Positions 55,303-64,000 of a stretch of 64,000 bases of DNA are shown in pieces. The number at the start of each line of letters is the position of its first letter. The stretch's first letter is position 1. The DNA lies in assembly GCA_963823665.1 (NCBI GenBank), contig CAWGMQ010000004.1, positions 864,001 to 928,000 on the forward strand. The letters run 5' to 3'. Made by a program: the position numbers and the translations under genes. The notes under the pieces were generated by a model. It did not search any database. It saw only the letters and a program-made list of their open reading frames with translations, and was not told where the DNA came from. Source of the DNA: an uncultured Planctomycetota bacterium (GTDB taxonomy: Bacteria > Planctomycetota > Planctomycetia > Isosphaerales > Isosphaeraceae).

Positions 55303-57537
55303 ATGAGCCCATCAACCTCCAAAACCGCGTTCGCCCGCCTCGACCCGGCCCTCCAGGAAGCCCTCTACCGGATGAAGTGGACGAAGCTCCGCCCCATCCA
55401 GGTCGAAGCAATCCACGAGATCCTCGACGGCACCGGCGACCTGATCATCGCGGCCCGCACCGCCGCCGGCAAAACCGAAGCCGCCTTCCTGCCGATCTTA
55501 TCACGCATGCTGGCTGAGCCCTCGCCCGGCGTGCGCGCCGTCTACGTCGGACCGCTTAAGGCGCTCATCAACGACCAGTTCACGCGTCTGGAAGCACTCT
55601 GCCGCGAGGCGGAGATCCCCATGCACAAATGGCACGGCGACGTCGCCGCATCGCCCAAGCGCCGCCTGCTCGAGCATCCCTCGGGCGTGCTCCTGATTAC
55701 ACCTGAATCGATCGAGTCGCTCTTCGTGAATCACCCGCATCGTCTTCCCGAGGTCTTCGCCGCGCTCTCCTTCATCGTCATCGACGAGCTGCATTCGTTC
55801 ATCGGCTCCGAGCGCGGCGCGCACCTTCGCAGCCTCATCTGCCGGCTGGCCAGAAAGAGCCGCGAGAGCGTGCGCCGCGCGGGTCTTTCGGCGACATTCG
55901 GCGACGACAAGGCCGCAGTCTGCCGGTGGCTCCAGCCGCACGTTCCGGAGAGCGTCCGCATCATCGAGGCAACCTCAGAGCAAAAAACGATCCAGTTAAA
56001 GATCTACGGTCATTTGAAGTACCCCGAGCGCGGCGACCAGGAGACCAAGCAGCACGAAGCGGTCAGAGTCGAGAGCGTCCCGTCCCGCGGCGGAGATCTC
56101 GAACGCGCCGTCTTCGAAGCCTTCTACGGCAAAACGGCCCTGATCTTCATTAACCTCAAATCCTACATCGAGCAAATCGCCGATTTCACTCGACGGCTCT
56201 GCGAGCGCCGCGGGCTGCCGAACCTGTTCCGGGTGCATTACGGCTCGCTCTCCAAGAGCGAGCGCGAAGAAACCGAAGAAGCCCTCAAGTCAACAAGTGC
56301 CACCGCGACGTTCTGTTCGAGCACGCTCGAAATGGGAATCGACGTCGGCAACGTCAAGCTGGTCGGCCAGATCGGGGCGCCGTGGTCCGTCAGCTCGCTC
56401 GCTCAGCGCCTGGGTCGAAGCGGACGCAAGGACGGCGAGGCCTCCGTGCTGCGAATCTATGTCGAAGAAGACGAGCCCGAGAAAGAGACCTCGCTGTTCA
56501 ATCGGCTCTTTCTCGACCTGCTTCAAGCAACCGCAATGACGAAGCTGATGCTCGAGAAATGGTGCGAGCCGCCCGATGCGGATCGCTTCCATCTCTCCAC
56601 GCTCATTCAGCAGGTGATGAGCGTCATCAAGGAGCGGGGCGGAGCGCCCGCCGATTCTCTTTATCGCACCCTGGCGCTCGAGGGCGGTTTCTCTCGCGTC
56701 GATCGAAACACGTTTGCGCGCGTGCTCCGCGGCATGGGAACGGCCGATCTGATCGAACAAACACCTGAGGGGCTTCTGATCACGGGCCTGCGCGGCGAGA
56801 GGATCATCGCCCACTTTAGCTTCTACATCGCGTTCGTCGTTGAGGACGAATACCGAGTCACGCACTCCGGCCATCACATCGGCAATGTCGGCTACGTCCC
56901 GGAGATCGAAGAGGAGGGCTATTTGATCCTGGCCGGCCGCCGCTGGAAGATCCTGGTCGTTGACCACGACCGCAAGAGCATCCTGGTTGAGCCCTCCACC
57001 GGCGGCCGGGTGCCCCGGTTCTTCTCCGCCGCGCACATCGACATCCATCCGCGCGTCCGCGAGGTCATGAAGGAGCTGCTGGGACAAGGCGACGTTCCTG
57101 TCTACCTCGACCCAACCGCGCGCGAAATGTTGACTCTCGCCCGCTCGACTGCCCGCGACTCGGGCGTGTTGCGCAAGCCGTTTTTCCAGGACGGCCTCGA
57201 CACCGTCTGGTTCAACTGGACCGGCTCGAAAATCCAGCGCACCTTGTGGGCGATGGCAAAACTCTCGGGCCTGGCCAACGTGAATGACGAGCAAGTTGCC
57301 TTGGTCTTCGAGAAGACTCTGCTCTCGCGTGTGCAAGAAATCTTCCAGAGCTTCCTCTCGAATTGCCCCGACGCCGTCTCCCTTGCGCACCAGTTCCCCC
57401 ACCGCGTCGTCGAAAAATACGAACGGTTCCTCTCCGAGGACCTCACAGCCGAGCTCTTCGCGCGCGAGCGAATGGATCTCTCCGGCGCCCTGGAAAAAAT
57501 CCGCGCCGACATCCCGCCCCCGAGCCCGCCTTTGTAG
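55303..57537 (+). CDS. sngC: Shango SngC-like Lhr-type DEAD/DEAH helicase
   Basis: TAAGKTEAAFLP, PLKALINDQ, TPES, IDELH, LSAT, STLEMGIDVG, QRLGRSGR. Confidence 0.9.
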   Translation: MSPSTSKTAFARLDPALQEALYRMKWTKLRPIQVEAIHEILDGTGDLIIAARTAAGKTEAAFLPILSRMLAEPSPGVRAVYVGPLKALINDQFTRLEALCREAEIPMHKWHGDVAASPKRRLLEHPSGVLLITPESIESLFVNHPHRLPEVFAALSFIVIDELHSFIGSERGAHLRSLICRLARKSRESVRRAGLSATFGDDKAAVCRWLQPHVPESVRIIEATSEQKTIQLKIYGHLKYPERGDQETKQHEAVRVESVPSRGGDLERAVFEAFYGKTALIFINLKSYIEQIADFTRRLCERRGLPNLFRVHYGSLSKSEREETEEALKSTSATATFCSSTLEMGIDVGNVKLVGQIGAPWSVSSLAQRLGRSGRKDGEASVLRIYVEEDEPEKETSLFNRLFLDLLQATAMTKLMLEKWCEPPDADRFHLSTLIQQVMSVIKERGGAPADSLYRTLALEGGFSRVDRNTFARVLRGMGTADLIEQTPEGLLITGLRGERIIAHFSFYIAFVVEDEYRVTHSGHHIGNVGYVPEIEEEGYLILAGRRWKILVVDHDRKSILVEPSTGGRVPRFFSAAHIDIHPRVREVMKELLGQGDVPVYLDPTAREMLTLARSTARDSGVLRKPFFQDGLDTVWFNWTGSKIQRTLWAMAKLSGLANVNDEQVALVFEKTLLSRVQEIFQSFLSNCPDAVSLAHQFPHRVVEKYERFLSEDLTAELFARERMDLSGALEKIRADIPPPSPPL

Positions 57538-57568
57538 CAGGCACGCTCCGCCGTGCCGCCCGCATGAT

Positions 57569-58591
57569 TCAACGACTCCCGCGCACCGCTTCCTTGCTCA
57601 CCAGCGTCCGCAAGAAAAACTCATCCACAACCGGTCGCATCGTCGCAACCCGGATGAGTGAATAAGGACAATGATCAACCCCCGCAAGCCGATAATAACT
57701 CACATCCTTCAACCCCGCCCGCCCAAGCGCAAGCACGAACCGATCGGCGGTTTCGACAGGAACCTGGGCATCCTCGACGCCATAGATCAAGAGCAGGGGC
57801 GGTATCTTGCCGCCGATCCGATTTCCAGGTGACGCCGTTTCATATGCGGCAATCCGTTTCCCTTCCGGCGGCCCTCCCATGAGCTGAGTGCACACCTGGC
57901 GCAGCACGCCGCTCCGATATTGCTCGATCAGATCAATCGGCCCACTGTCGCTGGCGACAGCCTGCACCAAACTCGACTGATCGCGAAACGCTCCATCGCC
58001 CGCAGCACCCGCATCTTTGCCCGGCAAGCCCAGGAGCATCGCGAGGTGGCCTCCGGCCGAGTTGCCCCAAGCACCAATTCGGTCCTTGTCGAGGTTGTAC
58101 TCCTTCGCGTGCCCTTGCAGCCAACGCACCGCGGTCTTGCAGTCATCAAGAGCAGCCGGAAAACTCGCTTCGCTCGACAGCCGGTAATTGATCGTCACGG
58201 CAACGAACCCCAGCCTGGCGAAATGCAAAATATTCCCCGGAACATCACCCTCCCTTTGACTGAAGCTTGATTTATCCCCCTCGATCCAGCCACCTCCGTG
58301 AATGACCACGATCCCCGGCCTCAGCTTGCCCCCGTGTCCCTTCTTCATAGCCAGGTCCAGCTTCCAGTGCGGGCTGGCCCCTTCGCGATACGCGAGATCG
58401 CGCAATACGACGACGTCATCCTGCGCAGCCGGCTGCGCCGAGCTGTGAGCCGGCGGGGTTCCGATGACCACGACCGATGCAAGAATCGAAAAGACCAACC
58501 GCAAAAACACGTCGAGCTCTCCACTTGATGGCTCTTTGCAACGGCGAGGCGCGTCATTTCGCTGATCTCGCTCAAGCGAGCAGGAACACAA
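57569..58591 (-). CDS. Alpha/beta hydrolase (esterase/lipase; true start probably ~58511)
   Basis: IHGGGW oxyanion motif, GNSAGG nucleophile, GVEDAQVP, C-terminal His. Confidence 0.88.
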   Translation of the reverse strand: MCSCSLERDQRNDAPRRCKEPSSGELDVFLRLVFSILASVVVIGTPPAHSSAQPAAQDDVVVLRDLAYREGASPHWKLDLAMKKGHGGKLRPGIVVIHGGGWIEGDKSSFSQREGDVPGNILHFARLGFVAVTINYRLSSEASFPAALDDCKTAVRWLQGHAKEYNLDKDRIGAWGNSAGGHLAMLLGLPGKDAGAAGDGAFRDQSSLVQAVASDSGPIDLIEQYRSGVLRQVCTQLMGGPPEGKRIAAYETASPGNRIGGKIPPLLLIYGVEDAQVPVETADRFVLALGRAGLKDVSYYRLAGVDHCPYSLIRVATMRPVVDEFFLRTLVSKEAVRGSR

Positions 58592-59180
58592 GGACCGTCG
58601 CCAGAAACGAGAACAACAGCGCCAAACTCCCGGTGACTATGCCAACGACGGCCCAAACACCACTTTTTCGCGCGTAGATTCCGAGCGTGATACTCAGCAC
58701 GCAACACACGAACGTGCAGAGGACCGAGACACCACCTCCCACAAAAAAAACGAGCTCCGATTGAAGCGCCATTCCTAAACAATAACTCAGGATCAACAGC
58801 ATGAGCGCCAGCAAACCACCCAGGCCAAGAAATCCACTCGCGCGCGCAACACCCTGATGCCCTTCTCGCGCCGCCCTCACGGGCTGCCGAACCGGCGTGC
58901 GCACTTCCCCATGCCCCTCACTCTCGAGCTCGTCCGGCAAATACGCCTCGGGCGGATCAAGGCGCCCCAGCACAGCCAGCACGTCCTCGCGGCTGACCTC
59001 ATCCGTCTCTCGCTCGCTAAGCAGCTCGTCAATCTGCGACTCAACCTCCCGCACAATCGCCAGCCGCTCGCCACGAGGCACCCGCGAGAGCAACATCCGA
59101 TCAACCGTGTCCAGCCGGCTGTCAATCAAACTCTGCAGTGCCGTCGACAGTTGAATCGTCCGATGCGTCGCAACGGTCAT
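58572..59180 (-). CDS. Membrane protein with an N-terminal HAAS-like domain
   Basis: IVREVESQI.E.L...VLGRLDPPEAY then three TM helices; coupled to padR. Confidence 0.7.
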   Translation of the reverse strand: MTVATHRTIQLSTALQSLIDSRLDTVDRMLLSRVPRGERLAIVREVESQIDELLSERETDEVSREDVLAVLGRLDPPEAYLPDELESEGHGEVRTPVRQPVRAAREGHQGVARASGFLGLGGLLALMLLILSYCLGMALQSELVFFVGGGVSVLCTFVCCVLSITLGIYARKSGVWAVVGIVTGSLALLFSFLATVLVFLLA

Positions 59181-59512
59181 GCTTGTGCTCCTTCCAGTAA
59201 TTCCTTCAGTGAATCAGAAACCGTCTTCCAGCACTCGGCCATCCGCCGCAGTCGCTCGCGACCGGCCGCAGTGAGCCGATAGTAGCGTCTTCTCGGTCCC
59301 GACGGCGACTCTTCTGCGCGAATCGCCAGAACCCCATCCCGCGCCAGCCGCGCCAGCACAGGATACACCGTGCTCTCCGTCAGCTGAAAGCCATCAAGCC
59401 GCTGCAAATCAGACACGATCCGATAGCCGTAGGTCTCCCCACGCCCGATCGCCGCCAGCACCGCCAGCTCAACCACTCCCTTCCGAAGCTGCGACTCCCA
59501 CCCCGTCATCAA
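59177..59512 (-). CDS. PadR-family transcriptional regulator
   Basis: QLRKGVVELAVL...YGY...STVYPVLARL...GPRRRYYRLTAAG. Confidence 0.92.
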   Translation of the reverse strand: MMTGWESQLRKGVVELAVLAAIGRGETYGYRIVSDLQRLDGFQLTESTVYPVLARLARDGVLAIRAEESPSGPRRRYYRLTAAGRERLRRMAECWKTVSDSLKELLEGAQA

Positions 59513-59533
59513 TCGCCCCCAACGTCGCGGTCA

Positions 59534-59575
59534 CTACTATGTGCCACATAGTAGCGGTTTACGGAAGGCTGTCAA
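59534..59575 (-). promoter_or_regulatory. Sigma-70 promoter overlapped by a perfect palindromic operator
   Basis: TTGACA-N16-TACTAT on the minus strand; CTACTATGTG-C-CACATAGTAG at 59534-59554. Confidence 0.8.
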
Positions 59576-59674
59576 GCGCTTTTACAAATCACCCAACCCG
59601 CCGCGGACGAAACGCGCGAACAACTACCGACCCTGGCCTGGATAAACCGGCCTGCGGACGACCATCCGCACGTG

Positions 59675-59696
59675 ACCACGGTCGTGAGACCGTGGT
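59675..59696. repeat. Isolated hairpin with a GNRA loop (REP-like or terminator)
   Basis: ACCACGGTC-GTGA-GACCGTGGT. Confidence 0.5.
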
Positions 59697-59803
59697 TCAA
59701 ATGGGGAATGTATGCCTCGCACGAGAGTGCGATCCCGCCGCTGAAAATCGCGCATTCCTCCGAACGCACTCCACTGCGGACGCATCTCACAGACGATACA
59801 TCT

Positions 59804-59887
59804 ATTCATAATCTTAATCATAATCATAATCTTAATCATAATCTTAATCATAATCTTAATCATATTCCTAATCCTAATCTCAATCCT
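59804..59887. repeat. AT-rich hexamer microsatellite (AATCWT-like x14)
   Basis: AATCTT/AATCAT alternation degenerating into ATTCCT/AATCCT/AATCTC. Confidence 0.92.
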
Positions 59888-60890
59888 ACTCCATCTCCCT
59901 CTCACCCCCCGAACCATTCCCGCTCACCTCACCATCTCCAACTCCCTGCCCCCCCATCTCCGATCCACTCACCGGCCCAACATACACCTCCATCCCCCGC
60001 TGCGAAGCAGCCGCGTACATCGCGCTAAGTGCCTCCAGAATCGGCACCTCCCCGCGCCAGAACGGAAACCCTCCCAGCCGCCGTACCAAAGGCCCAGCCT
60101 CGCGCGGAATCTCCACCACCGGCGCCGATTCGTCATTCCGCACGCTCGCGATTCCATCCCAGAACTCCACCATCCCAACACCCAGCGGCTCGGCCGCACG
60201 AACGCTCGCCGCCGGGGCAATCTCGCTCTTCAACTCGCCGCCGCTCTTCGCCCCCAACCGCTCCAAAAGTGCCTCGCGGCTCATCCCTCGCAGCGCAAAG
60301 ATCAAGAACGGATCGCGATCAAATTCCTCGCCGAGCAAGTAATAAGCCGCCGCGATGTGCTTGCACGGGTTCGACCAGTCCGGGCACGAACACGCCGTCT
60401 TCAAATCCAGGAGCTTCGCGGGAAAGAGCGACAGCCCAACCTCCGCAAACACCGGCTCAATATCCTGCGGCATCTCACCAGCGAGCAGCTTCGCCGCAAA
60501 AAGCGCCTGACGCCCGAGCGCATCAACCACTTTCGACCAGTCGCCGTCCGAAAGCGTCTTCACCTCCATCGTGATGTCATACGGTTTCGGCCGCGAGCCT
60601 TGCACCTTCGCCGTGACCCGGCCCTTATCGATCGCAATCGACAGCACCTGCCCGTTGCGCGCATACGACCGGCCGCGCGAGAGACGCGCACCGATCTCAA
60701 AACCCTCGAGAACCTGGATCCAGCGCTTGGCCCACCAGCTCTCGCCAAACCCACCGCGCTTCGATTGCGCCTTGATCCCGCCTTCCGCCTTCAAAGGGCG
60801 TGACGGCGCGAAATACCGCTCGCTCCACCGCTCCTTGCGCGACCACCTGTTTGCCACCGTGTGAGCCTCCTCACTTTTCCTTCGTGTCAC
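59886..60890 (-). CDS. SWIM zinc-finger protein (YwqB-like)
   Basis: RLSRGRSYAR, VQGSRPKPY, CSCPDWSNPCKH, DPFLIFALRG. Confidence 0.92.
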   Translation of the reverse strand: MTRRKSEEAHTVANRWSRKERWSERYFAPSRPLKAEGGIKAQSKRGGFGESWWAKRWIQVLEGFEIGARLSRGRSYARNGQVLSIAIDKGRVTAKVQGSRPKPYDITMEVKTLSDGDWSKVVDALGRQALFAAKLLAGEMPQDIEPVFAEVGLSLFPAKLLDLKTACSCPDWSNPCKHIAAAYYLLGEEFDRDPFLIFALRGMSREALLERLGAKSGGELKSEIAPAASVRAAEPLGVGMVEFWDGIASVRNDESAPVVEIPREAGPLVRRLGGFPFWRGEVPILEALSAMYAAASQRGMEVYVGPVSGSEMGGQGVGDGEVSGNGSGGEREME

Positions 60891-60894
60891 CCTC

Positions 60895-63800
60895 TCATTC
60901 GGCGAACGCGTCAGCCCGAAGGGCGAATAGCTCCCTCAGCTCAGCATTCGACAGTTTCGTGATCCAGGCCTCGCCACTGCCGATAACCGAGCCGACAAGC
61001 TCCTGTTTCGCTTCGATCATGGCGTCGATCTTCTCCTCGAGCGTGCCGGTGCACACGAACTTGTGCACCTGCACGCGCCGGGTCTGCCCGATCCGGAACG
61101 CCCGGTCCGTGGCCTGGTTTTCCACGGCCGGGTTCCACCAGCGGTCGAAATGAAACACATGGCTCGCCGCCGTCAGGTTGAGCCCTGTTCCCCCAGCCTT
61201 GAGTGACAGGATGAAGATCGGCGGCGCGCTCTCTCCCGCCGCTTGAAATCGCTCAACCATCACGTCGCGCTGTCGCTTGGTCGTGCCCCCGTGCAGGAAC
61301 AGCACCTCGCGGCCGAACGTTTCTTGCAGGTGCTTCTTGAGCATCCCGCCCATCTCGGCAAACTGGCTGAATACCAGGGCGCGGTCGCCCGCCGCGAGAG
61401 CCTCATCCAGCATCTCGGTGAGCCGAGCCAGCTTGCCGGAACGGCCTCCGATGCCGGATTTGTCGTGCAGCAACTGCGCGGGATGATTGCACACCTGTTT
61501 CAGTTTCGCAAGCGTCGCCAGCACCACTCCGCCGCGCTTGATGCCTTCCGCCGATTCGATTTCCTTCTGCGAGTCCTTGACCACGGCCTCATATAGCGAG
61601 ACCTGCTCCTTGGTCAAATTGCAGAAGACCTTCATCTCCATCTTCTCGGGCAAGTCGGCGATGATCGTCTTGTCGGTCTTGAGCCGCCGCAGAATGAACG
61701 GCGAGGTCAGCCGTTTCAGCCGCGCGGTTGCCTCGGGATCACGCTGGGCCTGAATCGGCACGTGAAACTTCTGCTTGAACTCCTTCTGCGAGCCCAGCCA
61801 TCCAGGGTTAAGAAACTCGATGATCGACCAGAGATCGCCGACGTGGTTCTCGGCCGGTGTGCCGGTGAGCGCGATCCGGTGTTCCACCGGAATCGCCCGC
61901 GCGGCCTGCGCCTGCTTGGTCTGCGGGTTCTTGATATTCTGCGCTTCGTCGAGCACCAATGACGCCCACGAGACTTCCCTGAGCAACTCGATCTCTCGGT
62001 GCAAGAGCGAGTAGCTAGAAAGCACGAGCGCGTGCTTGGCGGCCCGTTTCTTGAAGTCCGCCCCCCGCGCACGATCCAGACCATGGTGAACCATCACCGG
62101 CAAGCCGGGCGTGAACCTGGCCGCCTCTTTCTGCCAGTTGCCTACGACCGACATCGGGCAGATCAGCAGCGTCGGCTTGCGCTCTCGCGCCGGGCACGAT
62201 TCCCACTCGCGCTGAACGAGCGCCAGCGTCTGAATCGTCTTACCCAGCCCCATGTCGTCGGCCAGACAGGCGCCGAATCCCCACCGGCGCAGAAATGCCA
62301 GCCAGGAAAAACCGCGTGATTGATAGGGCCGGAGCGTGCCTTGGAGCCCCTCCGGCGATTCCAGCATCGCAAACCCCGCCGCCCCTTGAAGCTGTTCCAG
62401 CAGGTCCGCCAGCCAGCCCGATGCCTGCACGCCGGCAATCTCAAGCGCTCCAGATGCCTCGTCGGCCCCGAGGGCCATCTTCACCGCCTCTCGCGCCGAG
62501 ATCACACGGTCGCCTTTCTGTTTCCAGAAGTCGAGCGCTGCGTTGATCTCCTCGGCCGAAAGCGTCACCCACTTGCCGCGCACGTTCACCAGCGGGCTCT
62601 TGAGCTCGGCCAGTGCCTTGAGCTCCTCGTGAGTCAACGTCTCGTCGCCCAGCGAGACCTCCCAGTGGAAGTTGAGGATCTCCTCGAGCGAGAGCATCGA
62701 CTTGCTCTTCATCTTCGGCGACGGTGCGTGCACAACCGCCCGGGCCTCAAGCCGCAGCTTCGCCCCCTTCCGCGACCACCACGAGGGGAGGAACACCCCG
62801 AAACCAGCCTGCTCGAGCGCCGCGGCGCGCTCCGAGAGAAATTCGTGCGCACCGCGCGAGTCGACGGTATAACCAGCCGGTGCCGCCGTCTTGAGGCTAT
62901 GTTCGATTCGCGGACAGATCGTCGCCGCCTGCCCCAGCGCAGAAAGCAGGAATTCTCGCGGCTGGAAGCCGTCGCGATTCAAGACGACCGCTTCACGCCC
63001 GCTTGGCTTCCACGCCGACTTGACCGGCACGAGCAGGCTCTGGTCGTCCATCGCCTGAAGCAGATAGCCCACCCGCCATTGATCGTGCTCGCGCTGGGGT
63101 CCCGGCTTCGGCTCCTCCAGCCGCAGGCAGAGCCGGAACGGCGCCGACGCCGCCAGCTCGATCGGCCGCCGCCACTGGCGCACCTGCTCGGCGAGTCCCT
63201 GAAGCTCGGCGGCATCCCCCGTCATGCGGCCGCTCTCTGATTGCAGCGCATCAATCCACTGATCGTGCTGGCTCCTGACCCGCACCGCAGTCTTGCCCGC
63301 GCTCGGCGCCGCGGTCCGGACGAGGTGATCGACCAGCGTCGTGACGGCGGGAAAGAGCACCGTGGCTGCCGCGATTTGAGGCGGGTCGGCCTCGTCCTGG
63401 CAAAGTGTGCGGCAGGCGTGCGGCATCGACCGCGCCAGCCGCTCGGCCTCGATCCGATCCTGGCCGACAAGCACCGGCTCCCACCGGGCAAGCCCGCCGC
63501 CTCCATCGGCACGAACTTCGAGGCCGGGCAGATATTGTTGACGAGCCACGAGCGCGCCGGCAAACCGAAGCACGCTCGACCAATAGGCCAGCGTCTTGCC
63601 AACCACAACCCCGGGCCCGCACGTCGTCCGGTCCATCACCGCAAGCAGAAGCGCGACGGCCTGGTCGCTCGTCAGTACAAGTGCGGGCGTCTTCCACGGG
63701 CCGAGCTTGACCTCGCCGGGCTCTTCGGGCTCGTCCACCAGCAGTGGGCTCGACGGCAGCGCCCGCGCTCGCTCGACGGCAGCCACGCAATCCATTGCTG

Positions 63801-64000
63801 TCGCCCGTCCTTCGAAACCTTGGAGCCGATCAGGCCGGCAATGACTTCCACGAGTCGCTCGGCATCGAGTGCGAATCGCGACGGCCCAACGCGAAACTCC
63901 CCGTTCCTTCTCGCGGCTTTTTTCGCCGGCTTCGCGGCCGGCTCGAGCGACGTTTCTCCCCAGAAAACCAATCGTCCGTCGCTTGCTGAGGTGTGAAGTA
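60895..64000 (-). CDS. SNF2-family helicase (DUF3670/YwqA-like); start lies beyond the window; frameshift near 63762
   Basis: LRPYQ, LADDMGLGKT, LDEAQ, LTGTP, FDRWWNPAVENQATDRAFRIGQ; N-terminal LH...LVFWGE...WLPS is in another frame and joins at a G run. Confidence 0.92.
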   Translation of the reverse strand, partial: TSHLSKRRTIGFLGRNVARAGREAGEKSREKERGVSRWAVAIRTRCRATRGSHCRPDRLQGFEGRATAMDCVAAVERARALPSSPLLVDEPEEPGEVKLGPWKTPALVLTSDQAVALLLAVMDRTTCGPGVVVGKTLAYWSSVLRFAGALVARQQYLPGLEVRADGGGGLARWEPVLVGQDRIEAERLARSMPHACRTLCQDEADPPQIAAATVLFPAVTTLVDHLVRTAAPSAGKTAVRVRSQHDQWIDALQSESGRMTGDAAELQGLAEQVRQWRRPIELAASAPFRLCLRLEEPKPGPQREHDQWRVGYLLQAMDDQSLLVPVKSAWKPSGREAVVLNRDGFQPREFLLSALGQAATICPRIEHSLKTAAPAGYTVDSRGAHEFLSERAAALEQAGFGVFLPSWWSRKGAKLRLEARAVVHAPSPKMKSKSMLSLEEILNFHWEVSLGDETLTHEELKALAELKSPLVNVRGKWVTLSAEEINAALDFWKQKGDRVISAREAVKMALGADEASGALEIAGVQASGWLADLLEQLQGAAGFAMLESPEGLQGTLRPYQSRGFSWLAFLRRWGFGACLADDMGLGKTIQTLALVQREWESCPARERKPTLLICPMSVVGNWQKEAARFTPGLPVMVHHGLDRARGADFKKRAAKHALVLSSYSLLHREIELLREVSWASLVLDEAQNIKNPQTKQAQAARAIPVEHRIALTGTPAENHVGDLWSIIEFLNPGWLGSQKEFKQKFHVPIQAQRDPEATARLKRLTSPFILRRLKTDKTIIADLPEKMEMKVFCNLTKEQVSLYEAVVKDSQKEIESAEGIKRGGVVLATLAKLKQVCNHPAQLLHDKSGIGGRSGKLARLTEMLDEALAAGDRALVFSQFAEMGGMLKKHLQETFGREVLFLHGGTTKRQRDVMVERFQAAGESAPPIFILSLKAGGTGLNLTAASHVFHFDRWWNPAVENQATDRAFRIGQTRRVQVHKFVCTGTLEEKIDAMIEAKQELVGSVIGSGEAWITKLSNAELRELFALRADAFAE

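Noticed and set aside
53945..57537. BREX (brxD/brxHI) system
   Set aside because: No pglX, pglZ or brxC nearby; the upstream TerB gene indicates the Shango architecture
59886..64000. SWIM + SNF2 pair as a new defence system
   Set aside because: This is a widespread conserved gene pair (YwqB/YwqA-like); proximity to the Shango-like operon alone is not evidence

Overview
GC-rich window, most likely from a planctomycete (Isosphaeraceae-like). This is inferred from ECF sigma/Ser-Thr kinase pairs, 'xExLExRxLL(S/A)' export-signal proteins and REP-like palindromes. It opens with core genes: a sigma-54 activator, dnaK-clpB and pheA. About 45 kb of accessory DNA follows. It holds three IS elements (two IS4-family, both in palindromic targets, and one IS110 with long non-coding ends) and a 12.2-kb kinase/ECF/giant-surface-protein cassette bracketed by ~576-bp direct repeats. 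It also holds decayed and intact toxin-antitoxin modules, tandem XRE regulators, an uncharacterised two-gene HExxH-metallopeptidase operon, and S9 and M16 peptidases. The right end has a Shango-like TerB/ATPase/helicase defence operon whose first gene has a duplicated TerB-N module, a PadR operon, and a SWIM + SNF2 pair. The best candidates for something new are the small-protein + Lit-like peptidase operon (37.2-38.7 kb), the double-TerB-N Shango variant, the repeat-bracketed cassette, the IS110 whose target matches its own end, and a sigma-54/enhancer architecture upstream of dnaK-clpB. About nine single-base frameshifts, several in homopolymers, suggest long-read errors, so pseudogene calls based on indels are provisional. 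No rRNA, tRNA or CRISPR array was seen. Family assignments come from motif recognition, not database searches.
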